A stretch of 64,000 nucleotides of DNA from Gaiellaceae bacterium (GCA_036273695.1 DASUHE010000066.1:12160-76159); one strand, 5' to 3'. Positions 43,770 to 52,787 are shown, counted from the stretch's first letter. The notes: a model not told the origin generated them from the sequence alone. Numbers and translations: made by a program.

Positions 43770-44219
43770 CTAGTGGGTTCCCTTGGATGCTTCTAGGAAG
43801 ACCGCTAGCTCGTGTAGCCGCCTCTTGCCGAGCGACGCGAACGACGGCATAGGCGAGCCCGGGGTCACGCTCGCCGGGATCCGGAGGTGCTGGATCTGGA
43901 CGCGGATGCCGAGCTTCCGCCGTCCGATCGCCGTCAGGTCGGGAGCGCCGAGGTTCGTCCTCCCGGTCCCGGCGTACGTGTGGCACGCGGTACAGCCCGA
44001 CACGGCAAAGAGTTTCGCGCCGGGGATCGCCTTCGCGGGCAGACGCTCGAGCCCCTTCCACCGCGCAACCTGCGGGCCGACCGGCGGCAGCGGCTTGACC
44101 ACGATCTTCCCCACACGGCCGCTCCCGCTCGAATGCGTCGAAACCGACCCGAAACCGCCAAACCAGCCGCATCCGACCAGCAGCGGAAGGAGCAGCGCCA
44201 TTCCGAGGAGCCGACGCAT
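43770..44219 (-). CDS. lipoprotein monohaem c-type cytochrome
   Basis: The lipobox is LLVGC and the haem motif is CTACH. The C-terminal domain is nearly identical in long runs to the QcrC C-terminal domain. Confidence 0.8.
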   Translation of the reverse strand: MRRLLGMALLLPLLVGCGWFGGFGSVSTHSSGSGRVGKIVVKPLPPVGPQVARWKGLERLPAKAIPGAKLFAVSGCTACHTYAGTGRTNLGAPDLTAIGRRKLGIRVQIQHLRIPASVTPGSPMPSFASLGKRRLHELAVFLEASKGTH

Positions 44220-44237
44220 GGCGCCGACTCTACTCCC

Positions 44238-45083
44238 CTACTTGCCGCCCTTGGAGGCTTCGAGGAAGACGGCGAGCTGGTGCAGGCGCTGCGGTCCGAG
44301 AGACGCGAACGACGGCATCGGCGAGCCCGGCGTGACCGAGCCCGGGTTCTGCAGATGCCGGATCTGAGTCGGAACGCCGAGGTTGCGCGTGCCGATCGCC
44401 GTCAGATCCGGCGCACCGAGGTTCGAGCCGCCGGCGCCGTTGTATGTGTGACAGGCGGTGCAGCCGGCCGACGCGAAGAGCTTCGCCCCTGGCAACGCGG
44501 CCGGAGGCAGCTTCTCAGCCTTGACCCAGTTCGGGATGTCCTGCTGGATCTCGGACGCGAGCGCCTCTTTCGCGGTCGCGCCCTTCCACGTCAGGACGCC
44601 CATGGAGACGATCGTCAGGACGGCGGCGACCATCGCCACCGGGCGGGCCGACGGCCGGCGCACGCGACGCCGGTCGAGGAACGGCAGCATGATCAGGAGC
44701 ACGAGCGCGATGGTCGGCACGCCGATCGTGCCGAGGAACACCGACTCCGGCCACTTGAAGATCCGGAGGAGGTAGAAGAGGAAGTAGAAGTACCAGTCCG
44801 GCCGCGGGACGAAGTTCGTCGTGCCCGGGTCCGCAGGCGGGTCGACACCCGGCCCGAGCAGGCCCTTCGTGGTCGGGTCGTGGTGCAGCGGCCACGCGCT
44901 CCACTTCCAGATCACCGCCAGGCTGACGATCACCACGACGACGAAGACGCTCATGATCGTGTCGTGGAACATCGCGTACGGGTAGAAGGGCTTCCCGCGC
45001 GCCTTGACGTCCGCCTTGTAGCGCGCGAACTCCGCCCGCGCCTCGTCGGTCCGGGACGGCTTCTCCTTCGGGATCGCAGCCAT
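44238..45083 (-). CDS. qcrC: menaquinol:cytochrome c reductase subunit IV fused to monohaem cytochrome c (Bacillus QcrC-type)
   Basis: PRPDWYFYFLFYLLR is the C-terminal cytochrome b / subunit IV signature. Three TM helices are followed by CTACH. Confidence 0.8.
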   Translation of the reverse strand: MAAIPKEKPSRTDEARAEFARYKADVKARGKPFYPYAMFHDTIMSVFVVVVIVSLAVIWKWSAWPLHHDPTTKGLLGPGVDPPADPGTTNFVPRPDWYFYFLFYLLRIFKWPESVFLGTIGVPTIALVLLIMLPFLDRRRVRRPSARPVAMVAAVLTIVSMGVLTWKGATAKEALASEIQQDIPNWVKAEKLPPAALPGAKLFASAGCTACHTYNGAGGSNLGAPDLTAIGTRNLGVPTQIRHLQNPGSVTPGSPMPSFASLGPQRLHQLAVFLEASKGGK

Positions 45084-45949
45084 CAGTCGCGCCCTCCCGG
45101 CTCAGCCTGCATCGCGGACGCCCCGGCAGGCCGCGGCACCGGGCGCGTCAGGCCCGCCCGCCGGCCGTCGGCCTCTTCCGCCTCGGGCTCCATGCCCGCG
45201 GCGTCCTTCGACCAGGGCGGCGAGGTGACGCCGAGCCGGATCACGAGATACAGGTGGAGCGTGATCAAGGCGATGATCGCGCCGGGAATCACGAGCATGT
45301 GCAGCGAGTAGAAGCGCGTCAGCGTCTCGCCGCTGATCTCCTGTCCGCCGCGTAAGAACTGCGCCAGCCACGGGCCCAAGAACGGCGCGGTCCCGTTGAG
45401 GTTGATCCCGACCACGCTCGCCCAGTACGCGGTCTGGTCCCACGGCAGCAGGTAGCCCGTGAACCCCTCCATCATCCCCATCACGAGGATGAGGACACCG
45501 ATGATCCAGTTCAGCTCGCGCGGATACTTGTAGGCGCCGAAGAGGAAGACGCGGCCCATGTGCAGGAACATGAGGATGATGAAGACGCTCGCGCCCCACT
45601 TGTGCATGCCGCGCACGAGCCACCCCATCGTCAGGTGGTCGGTGATGTTGACGATCGACAGCCACGCCTCCGGCTTCCCGGTGTGCGGGTCGGTCGCCGC
45701 CGACGGGTCGTAGTACATCGCGAGGATCACGCCGGTGATCGCCTGCACGAGGAACGCCGTCAGCGCGGCCGAGCCGAGCGTCTGCATCCAGTTGATGTCG
45801 GACGGGACGTTGCGGAAGAGGAAGTAGCGGACGCCGCCGACGAGGCCCGAGCGCTCCTCGAGCCAGTCGAGCGGGAAGTTGATGAGCTCCTCCATCCGCG
45901 CGCGTCGGAGCTCGGCCTTGGTCGGCTTGCGTCTGTACGTCGTCGCCAT
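45083..45949 (-). CDS. qcrB: cytochrome b6-type subunit of the bc complex
   Basis: Four-helix cytochrome b N-terminal domain is present: WMQTLGS, RGMHKWGASVFIILMFLHMGRV and FYSLHMLVIP. ATGA coupling to qcrC. Confidence 0.9.
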   Translation of the reverse strand: MATTYRRKPTKAELRRARMEELINFPLDWLEERSGLVGGVRYFLFRNVPSDINWMQTLGSAALTAFLVQAITGVILAMYYDPSAATDPHTGKPEAWLSIVNITDHLTMGWLVRGMHKWGASVFIILMFLHMGRVFLFGAYKYPRELNWIIGVLILVMGMMEGFTGYLLPWDQTAYWASVVGINLNGTAPFLGPWLAQFLRGGQEISGETLTRFYSLHMLVIPGAIIALITLHLYLVIRLGVTSPPWSKDAAGMEPEAEEADGRRAGLTRPVPRPAGASAMQAEPGGRD

Positions 45950-46981
45950 CTAGTGGTGCGGCGGCTGGAGGGGATAGAACCATTGCTCGGGCCCGTCGAC
46001 GTGCTCGCCCGGCCCGGATTCCTTGTACTTGTAGATCTTGGCCTGCGCGCCGGTGCCGACCACGTGCGAGACGGAGTAGGTGCTGAGCAGGATCAGGCGG
46101 CCGTTGTCGACCTCGAAGTCGTAGCGGTCGAGCGCGCGCACGGGCGGGCCGGCGGTGCGGTTGCCCTCGGTGTCGTACTGGCCGCCGTGGCACGGGCAGC
46201 CGTAACCGGCCGGGACGACCGGATTGAGCTCGACTTTCCCGTTTGCGGTGTGCTCGTACACGATCGGCTGCTTGAGAATCTCGCTCGTCGGGCCGTTGGC
46301 CTGCACCGGGCAGCCGAGGTGCGCGCAGTGGTTCGAGATGATCGTGAAGCTCGGCTGCTGCGTCTTCTTCTTCGTCTTCGGATCGGTCACGGCGGCGAAG
46401 CCGTTGTTGCGGACGAAGGCCGTCCGCCGGCTGACCTCTCCTTCGGAGGGATCGACGATGAACGTCGTGACGAACCACTTGTTGAGCGGGAAGCTCGTAA
46501 GCGGGCCGAGATCGACCTTGTGCTGTTTCTGGCCGAGGAACGACGGCAGCAGCGCGAAGCCCGCAACGGGAACGGTGATCAGGCCGCCAATGACGCCGCC
46601 GAGGCCGAGGGTCGCGCCCTCGAGGAAGCGGCTGCGGGTCACGGTGGCCGGATCGACCGGCGGCAGAGCGACTCCCTGCTGGTCGGCAGGCGGCGCGGTC
46701 ATCCCCTCGCCGGCTTCCTTCATCGCGCGCCGCTCGGGCTCGACGACGAGCGCGTGACCACGCAGCTCGGCCGTCGCGTCACGGGCCCAGAGGAAGCCGA
46801 AGACGATCGCGATCGCAGCGCCGATCGACGAGATCAGCTCGGGGTCGATCACGAGACCTACGAGGACGACGACGATACCGATCGCGAAGCCGATCGGCCA
46901 CAGCGTCGGCGGTGGCAGGTGCGGCTCCTCGTGGAGCGACTCGTGCTCGGTGTCGGGACTCGGCTGCTCCGGCTCCACCAA
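45950..46981 (-). CDS. qcrA: Rieske 2Fe-2S subunit
   Basis: CAHLGC and CPCHGG boxes are present, along with N-terminal TM helices. Confidence 0.9.
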   Translation of the reverse strand: MVEPEQPSPDTEHESLHEEPHLPPPTLWPIGFAIGIVVVLVGLVIDPELISSIGAAIAIVFGFLWARDATAELRGHALVVEPERRAMKEAGEGMTAPPADQQGVALPPVDPATVTRSRFLEGATLGLGGVIGGLITVPVAGFALLPSFLGQKQHKVDLGPLTSFPLNKWFVTTFIVDPSEGEVSRRTAFVRNNGFAAVTDPKTKKKTQQPSFTIISNHCAHLGCPVQANGPTSEILKQPIVYEHTANGKVELNPVVPAGYGCPCHGGQYDTEGNRTAGPPVRALDRYDFEVDNGRLILLSTYSVSHVVGTGAQAKIYKYKESGPGEHVDGPEQWFYPLQPPHH

Positions 46982-47022
46982 GGCGAAGTCTTATCGGAAA
47001 CGCCGAGGCTGCGAAGGGAGAA

Positions 47023-48459
47023 CTAGCCGATTCCGTACTCGGTCCAGCGGCGCGTGACGAGCTCCTTGACCGCGGAGCTCATCTCGATCTCCTCGGGCCA
47101 CGGCCGCGCGCCCTCCTCCGGCCACTTCGCGGTGGCGTCGATACCGAGCTTGCCGCCGACGAACTGGCGCTCGGGCGCGTGGTCGAGATGGTCGAGCGGC
47201 CCTTCGCCGAGCACGACGTCGCGCTTCGGGTCGACGTTCGCGCCGGCGTAGAAGAGCACCTGCGCGTAGTCGTGGACGTCGACGTGCGCGTCGACGACGA
47301 CGACGCACTTCGTGAGGCTCAGCATCCCGAGGCCCCAGATCGCGGACATCACCTTCCGCGCCTGGCCGGGGAACTGCTTGCGGATCGAGACGATGCAGCA
47401 GTTGTGGAAAGCGCCCGCGACCGGCAGGTCGTAGTCCACGATCTCGGGCACGGTCGCGCGCACCGCCGGCAGGAAGATCCGTTCGGTCGCCTTGCCGAGC
47501 CAGGCGTCCTCCTGCGGCGGCTTGCCCACGACGATCGACGGATAGATCGCGTCGCGCCGCATGGTCATCGCCGTGACGTGGAAGACCGGGAACGGCTCGG
47601 CGGCCGTGTAGTAGCCGGTGTGGTCGCCGAACGGCCCCTCCTCGCCGAGCTCGTCCTGCTCGATGTAGCCCTCGAGCACGATCTCCGCCTTCGCGGGAAC
47701 CTCGACGCCGACCGTGACTCCCTTCACGAGCTCGACCGGCTCGCCGCGGAGGAACCCGGCGAGCATCAGCTCGTCGACGTGCTTCGGCAGCGGCGCGCTC
47801 GCGGAGTAGGCGGTGATCGGATCGAGTCCGATGGCGACGGCGACCTCGATGCGGCCGTCGGTCGCGAGGTAGTCGGCGCGGCCGTCCTTGTGGATCTGCC
47901 AGTGCATGAACGTCGTGTTCCGGTCGACGACCTGCATCCGGTACATGCCGACGTTGCGGCCACCCGTGTGCGGGTCGTGGGTGATCACGGCCGGAAGCGT
48001 GATGAACGGCGCGGGATCGCCCGGCCAGCAGCGCTGGATGGGAAGCAGGCCGAGATCCACGTCGTCGCCGCGCAGGACGATCTCCTGGCAGGCGCCCTTG
48101 CCGACGGTCTTCGGACGCGAGTCCGCGATCGACTTGAGCTTCTGCAGGCCGCGCACCTTCTCCATCAGTCCGCTCGGCGGCTGCATCTCGAGCACGTCGG
48201 CGACGCGCTTCGCGACGTCGTCCAGCCTCTCGACGCCGAAGGCGAGGCACATCCGGCGCTCGGTGCCGAACTGGTTGATCAGCAGCGGATGCTCGGAGCC
48301 CTTCGGCCGCTCGAACAGGAGCGCCGGTCCGCCGGCCTTGACGGTGCGGTCGACGATCTCCGTGATCTCGAGATCCGGGTCGACCTCGGCCGAGACGCGA
48401 ACGAGCTCGCCCTCGCGCTCGAGCAGCGCGATCCAGTCGCGGAGATCCTTCGCCGGCAT
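47023..48459 (-). CDS. UbiD family decarboxylase (menaquinone-pathway type)
   Basis: MPAKDLRDWIALLEREGELVRV ... RNVGMYRMQV ... DHTGYY are canonical UbiD blocks. Confidence 0.9.
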   Translation of the reverse strand: MPAKDLRDWIALLEREGELVRVSAEVDPDLEITEIVDRTVKAGGPALLFERPKGSEHPLLINQFGTERRMCLAFGVERLDDVAKRVADVLEMQPPSGLMEKVRGLQKLKSIADSRPKTVGKGACQEIVLRGDDVDLGLLPIQRCWPGDPAPFITLPAVITHDPHTGGRNVGMYRMQVVDRNTTFMHWQIHKDGRADYLATDGRIEVAVAIGLDPITAYSASAPLPKHVDELMLAGFLRGEPVELVKGVTVGVEVPAKAEIVLEGYIEQDELGEEGPFGDHTGYYTAAEPFPVFHVTAMTMRRDAIYPSIVVGKPPQEDAWLGKATERIFLPAVRATVPEIVDYDLPVAGAFHNCCIVSIRKQFPGQARKVMSAIWGLGMLSLTKCVVVVDAHVDVHDYAQVLFYAGANVDPKRDVVLGEGPLDHLDHAPERQFVGGKLGIDATAKWPEEGARPWPEEIEMSSAVKELVTRRWTEYGIG

Positions 48460-48485
48460 GCGGCGAGTCTACGGATGGAGTCTCT

Positions 48486-49238
48486 TCAGGAGACGCGCAC
48501 GGTCGCCGTCCGATGCGGTTCGACGCCGCGGGCGACCCGCTTGCCGAAGATGGTGACCATGTCGCCCGAGACGCGAACACGGCTCGGCGCGTACCCGTCG
48601 AGCGCCGGAACCTTGTACTCGCGGAAGCTCCGGCCATTGTCCTTCGTGACCCAGAGAGACACGGTGCCGCTGACCGTGGCCGTGCCGCAGGCGGGGCACC
48701 AGCCGGTGAAGTAGGCGATCCGCGGCCCGCGTAGAGTCCACGGGCCGAGGTAGGCGTCGAGCTCACGCGGCGCCTTCACGTCGAAGAACCGCTCCGCGAA
48801 GACGAGCTTCCAGCTCCGACCGCGATCGGGCGAGCGGGCGGCGACGTATGCCTCCTGCATCATCCCGGCGCCGTTGTCCCACACGACCCAGACTGTCGGC
48901 CCGCTGCAGCGGACGGTGTGCGGACGTGGAAAACCGGGCGACCAATGGCCGGGCTCACGGAAGAGTGTGTTGCCCTCCGCGGTGACGATTCGGGTGTCGA
49001 CAACACGGACTCCGCAGGCGTTCGAGGCCTTCAGCGCCGGGGTCGGCCCATGGCTGCCGACGGAAGAGCTCGACCGCCCGGCGCCGACGATGGAGTCGAT
49101 GCCCACGCCGACCCCCGCGAGAAGAGCCACGACGACGGCAGCTCCGAGCCACCGCTTGCGTTGCCGCGCCCGCGCCTCGGGGATCAGCGCCTCGAGCTCG
49201 TCGTGGCTCGGCGGTTCCGGTGGTGCGATCACGCTCAC
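48486..49238 (-). CDS. membrane-anchored hypothetical protein (paralogous N-terminus with next gene)
   Basis: LEALIPEARARQRKRWL is followed by a TM helix and then a Cys-containing extracytoplasmic domain. Confidence 0.55.
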   Translation of the reverse strand: MSVIAPPEPPSHDELEALIPEARARQRKRWLGAAVVVALLAGVGVGIDSIVGAGRSSSSVGSHGPTPALKASNACGVRVVDTRIVTAEGNTLFREPGHWSPGFPRPHTVRCSGPTVWVVWDNGAGMMQEAYVAARSPDRGRSWKLVFAERFFDVKAPRELDAYLGPWTLRGPRIAYFTGWCPACGTATVSGTVSLWVTKDNGRSFREYKVPALDGYAPSRVRVSGDMVTIFGKRVARGVEPHRTATVRVS

Positions 49239-49244
49239 CTCGGC

Positions 49245-50258
49245 TCAGCGGCGTCCGAGGACCCTGGTGGCCGACGGCGGATTCCAGCTGTGCGGGGCCA
49301 GAGTCCAGGTGAGCACCTTTCCACTGACGCGGGACGGGACCCGGATCCGCATCGCGAAGCGGACCGAGGCGTGCGGCGCGATCGGGCCGGCGGGGTGGCA
49401 GTTGAGAACGTACGCCTCCGGCCGCAGGCCGAATCCCTCCTCGTAGGCCGGGCAGGCTCGTCCGAAGGAGAACGGCTTCGCGCTCCGGTTGGTCAACACG
49501 ACGGTGTACGTGAGCCACGTACCCGGCTGCGGAACCTGCGTGGTCGGGACGATCCTCGCGCCCAGCGGCAGCGCCGTGCTCGGCGGCCCCTGCGGCACGA
49601 CCGGCGTGAAGCGACTGGCGGCGAGAGTCGAACCGCTCGGCGCCTGGCAGATCGGCGAGAGGTGGGTTCCGATCGCAATGCGTCCGCCCCCCGGCGCCAA
49701 GAGGACAAACGCCCGCGGCGGCCGCCCAGGGTTACTGAGGCGGGAGCTCGAACCACGACCGCACCAGTTCGACCAGCGGAGGTACGTGGCGGCCCAGCGG
49801 CCGGGCGCGAGCGCGCGCAGCGACCCCTGCGGCGGCGTGAGCGGATCGTCCCCACTCGGCGGCTGGCCCTGTCGGCGGACGCGCCACGTCGACGTCGCTC
49901 CCGCGAACGAGAGCGTCGGCATGCCGACGAGCGCGCACGGGGCCGAGCCGCGATTCGTGATCATGAGCGGGCCGCCGAGCATGCCGAACCCGATGCCCTG
50001 GAGTCCGAGCTTCCCGCGAAGCTGCGAAGCGCGACACGCGGGAGCGAGCGGCGGCTTCGCCTCGCCCAGCCGCGGCCCGGCCGAGAGCCACGGGATCTCG
50101 CCGGAGCCGTTGCCCGCTCGGAAGGCGAGCGCTCCTCCGACGAGCCCCGCCGCGAGCAGAGCGGCCGCCATCCAGAGCCGGCGATTCCGCGCGCGCCGCT
50201 TCGCCTCCGCGATCAGCGGGTCGAGCTCGAGTGGCAGCGCCGGAACGTGCGGCAGCAT
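49245..50258 (-). CDS. membrane-anchored hypothetical protein with DUF4232-like domain
   Basis: LDPLIAEAKRRARNRRL is followed by a TM helix. C....LRGKLGLQG...ITNRGSAPCALVGMP resembles the DUF4232 pattern. Confidence 0.55.
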   Translation of the reverse strand: MLPHVPALPLELDPLIAEAKRRARNRRLWMAAALLAAGLVGGALAFRAGNGSGEIPWLSAGPRLGEAKPPLAPACRASQLRGKLGLQGIGFGMLGGPLMITNRGSAPCALVGMPTLSFAGATSTWRVRRQGQPPSGDDPLTPPQGSLRALAPGRWAATYLRWSNWCGRGSSSRLSNPGRPPRAFVLLAPGGGRIAIGTHLSPICQAPSGSTLAASRFTPVVPQGPPSTALPLGARIVPTTQVPQPGTWLTYTVVLTNRSAKPFSFGRACPAYEEGFGLRPEAYVLNCHPAGPIAPHASVRFAMRIRVPSRVSGKVLTWTLAPHSWNPPSATRVLGRR

Positions 50259-50291
50259 CGAGCTAATCGTACTAGCACCAGACGGCGAATG

Positions 50292-50846
50292 TCAACGGGT
50301 CCGCGAGCGTCGCTTCGGGGTGAGCTCGCGCTCGACGTCGTCGATCAGATCCTCGTAGACGCCGACGATACGATCGAAGAACCGGGCGGCGATGAGGAGG
50401 TATTTCGCGCGGTGCGGCAGCGCCGGGGCCGAGGCGACCATCTCGTCGATGCGGCCGCGGAGGTCCGCGAGGTCGTCCCGGAGCGTCCCGAACGCCTCGC
50501 GCGTCGCCTCGTCTCCGATGATGTCGGCCGCCAGGAGGCGCGGCGCCACCTCTGTCTTGAGCGGAGTGAACCGAAGCGGCGTTCGGCCCCAATCTCGCAG
50601 AGCCTCGACGCCCTTCTCGGTCAGCGTGTAGACGGTTCGTTCGCGCGTCTTTCCGGGCTCCTTGCGCGCTTCGAGATAGCCCAGCCGCGCGAGGCGCTTC
50701 GGTTCGACGTAGTACTGGCTCTCGCCGGCCCAGTCGACGATGCGGCCCTTGCGCTCCATCTGCCGGAGATCGTGGGCGCTGGCTCCGCCCCGGCCGACCA
50801 GGCCGAGGAGCTCGTACGAGAAGAGGGTCAAGTCAGCGTTTGACAA
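50292..50846 (-). CDS. PadR family transcriptional regulator
   Basis: The winged helix is SYELLGLV...SQYYVEPKRLARLGYLEAR...RTVYTLTEKG, with a C-terminal dimerisation helix region. Confidence 0.8.
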   Translation of the reverse strand: MSNADLTLFSYELLGLVGRGGASAHDLRQMERKGRIVDWAGESQYYVEPKRLARLGYLEARKEPGKTRERTVYTLTEKGVEALRDWGRTPLRFTPLKTEVAPRLLAADIIGDEATREAFGTLRDDLADLRGRIDEMVASAPALPHRAKYLLIAARFFDRIVGVYEDLIDDVERELTPKRRSRTR

Positions 50847-50858
50847 ACCTGTGCTCCA

Positions 50859-50890
50859 TAGTTTAACTAAGCTACGTTCCGTAGTTTAGC
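50859..50890. promoter_or_regulatory. AT-rich candidate operator: palindrome TAGTTTAACTA plus repeated half-site TAGTTTA
   Basis: The palindrome at 50859-69 has 5-bp arms. The half-site recurs at 50882-88. The element lies in the 57-nt divergent region between the PadR gene and the FAD oxidoreductase gene. Confidence 0.3.
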
Positions 50891-50903
50891 GAAGGAGGTC
50901 CCC

Positions 50904-52094
50904 ATGTACGACGCGATTGTCGTCGGCGCGCGCGCCGCCGGTTCCCCGACCGCGATGCTCCTCGCTCGCAAGGGTCACCGGGTGCTGCTCGTCGACCGCG
51001 CGAGCTTTCCGAGCGACTCTCTCTCGACGCACTACATCCACCAGCCCGGCATCGCCCGCCTACACCGTTGGGGCCTCCTCGGCCGACTGGTCGAGACGGG
51101 CTGCCCGCCGATCGACGCGATGACGTTCGACGTCGGGCCGTTCGCGCTCAACGCGGCCCCGCCCGCGAGCGACGGCGTCGGGCAGGGCTATTGCCCACGC
51201 CGCACGGTCCTCGACTCGTTGCTGCTCGACGCGGCCGAGGAAGCCGGTGCGGAGGTTCGAACCGGCGTCCCGGTCGACGAGCTCCTCTTCGCCGACGGCG
51301 CCGTCGTCGGCGTTCGGATGCAAGGCGCAGAGGAGCGCGCCCGCGTCGTGATCGGCGCCGATGGACGCAACTCCTTCGTCGCGCGCGCGGTGCAGGCGCC
51401 TGAGTACGACGTCCGGCCCGGGCGGACGTGCGCGTACTACACCTACTGGGCCGGTGCCCAGACCGACCGTGCCGAGCTCTATCCGCGCGACGGTCGCATG
51501 ATCATCTCCGGCCCGACGCACGACGGCCTCCAGATCGTCGTCGGCTTCTGGCCCCGCGAGGAGTTCAAAGTCGTCCGCTCGGACGTGGAGAAAAGCTTCC
51601 ACGCAGCAGTCTCACTCGCCTCGCCGCTCGCCGAGCGTCTCGCCGCCGGCGAGCGAGCCGACCGCTTCTACGGGATCGGCGAGCTTCCCTTCTGGTACCG
51701 AAAGCCATACGGCCCCGGCTGGGCGCTCGTCGGCGACGCCGGCTACCACAAGGATCCCATCACGGCGCAGGGGATCTCGGACGCGTTCCGGGATGCCGAG
51801 CTGCTCGCCGACGCGCTCGACGCCGGCTTCACGGGAGCGAGGGCGCTCGCCGAGACGCTCGGCGAATACGAGCGCGTCCGCAACGAGGAGACGCGCGGGC
51901 TCTACGAGCTCACGTACGAGCTCGCGTCGCTCGCGCCTCCGCCACCCGAGCAGCAGGCGCTCTTCGCCGCCCTACGCGACAACGAGGCGGACACGGGTCG
52001 ATTCTTCGGTGTCATCGCCGGCACGGTTCGCCCGGACGCGTTCTTCGCTCCGGAGAACCTCGCCCGGATCGTGGGAGCCCCGGTGCCCGCCTAG
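50904..52094 (+). CDS. FAD-dependent oxidoreductase (geranylgeranyl-reductase/aromatic-ring hydroxylase-like)
   Basis: An SD (GAAGGAGG) precedes the ATG. The dinucleotide fold is MYDAIVVGARAAGSPTAMLLARKGHRVLLVD, and GDAGYHKDPITAQG occurs later. Confidence 0.8.
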   Translation: MYDAIVVGARAAGSPTAMLLARKGHRVLLVDRASFPSDSLSTHYIHQPGIARLHRWGLLGRLVETGCPPIDAMTFDVGPFALNAAPPASDGVGQGYCPRRTVLDSLLLDAAEEAGAEVRTGVPVDELLFADGAVVGVRMQGAEERARVVIGADGRNSFVARAVQAPEYDVRPGRTCAYYTYWAGAQTDRAELYPRDGRMIISGPTHDGLQIVVGFWPREEFKVVRSDVEKSFHAAVSLASPLAERLAAGERADRFYGIGELPFWYRKPYGPGWALVGDAGYHKDPITAQGISDAFRDAELLADALDAGFTGARALAETLGEYERVRNEETRGLYELTYELASLAPPPPEQQALFAALRDNEADTGRFFGVIAGTVRPDAFFAPENLARIVGAPVPA

Positions 52095-52258
52095 GAGGAG
52101 GAGCGGCGGCGGCGCTGCTTCGCAGCCCAGTGGCTGAGCTCGCCCAGAGCGATCACGCAGACGAACACCCCGCCGGTGGCGAGCATGATCAGGACGACCT
52201 TGGCGCCTTCCTGGGCTGCCGTCTCTTCGGCGAAGAGCAGATGGAGAGCGGCGAACAC
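52091..52258 (-). CDS. possible 55-aa single-TM protein with Arg/Ser tail
   Basis: It is not in the ORF track. GTG to TAG reads VFAALHLLFAEETAAQEGAKVVLIMLATGGVFVCVIALGELSHWAAKQRRRRSSS. Third positions are strongly GC-rich, and it lies directly after the upstream minus-strand gene. Confidence 0.3.
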   Translation of the reverse strand: MFAALHLLFAEETAAQEGAKVVLIMLATGGVFVCVIALGELSHWAAKQRRRRSSS

Positions 52259-52267
52259 GGCGAGAAT

Positions 52268-52787
52268 CTAACTCACGCGGCGCTCGGAGTGCGCCGCGAG
52301 CGCGGCATCCACCGCCTCGTCGCCCGCGGCGTCGCGCGCCGCGCGATCGAGGGCTGAGGAATCGGAGTGGAGACGGAGGTCGGTCCGAGCCTCGTCGAGC
52401 GACCCGCGGCCGAGCAGCGCCGCGGTCGCCGCCCAGAGCGGGCCGTCGCCGGCCGCCTCCTCGGCGCGGACCTGGCTGCAGAGCGAGATCAGCTCCGCGA
52501 GGTCGGCCACGGCCGCGACGTCGTGCAGCGCCGAGATCCGCGCGACGCCGTGCGCGTAGAGGTAGTCGCCGAGGAGCAGCGCCGTGTCATCGTCGGGCGG
52601 CGCAAAGAGTCGCGGCCGGCCGTAGTGGACGAGGTACCCCTCGTAGATCGTCTCGAGCCCGAGTGCGTAGCGGGCCTCCCCGAGCGGCGAGAAGACGGGG
52701 CTCCGGTCGCGTTCCGCCTCCGGCAGCAGACAGTCGGCCCAGAGCGTGCTCTCGGCGGCCGCATCGCCCGCCATCGTCTCCCAGACG

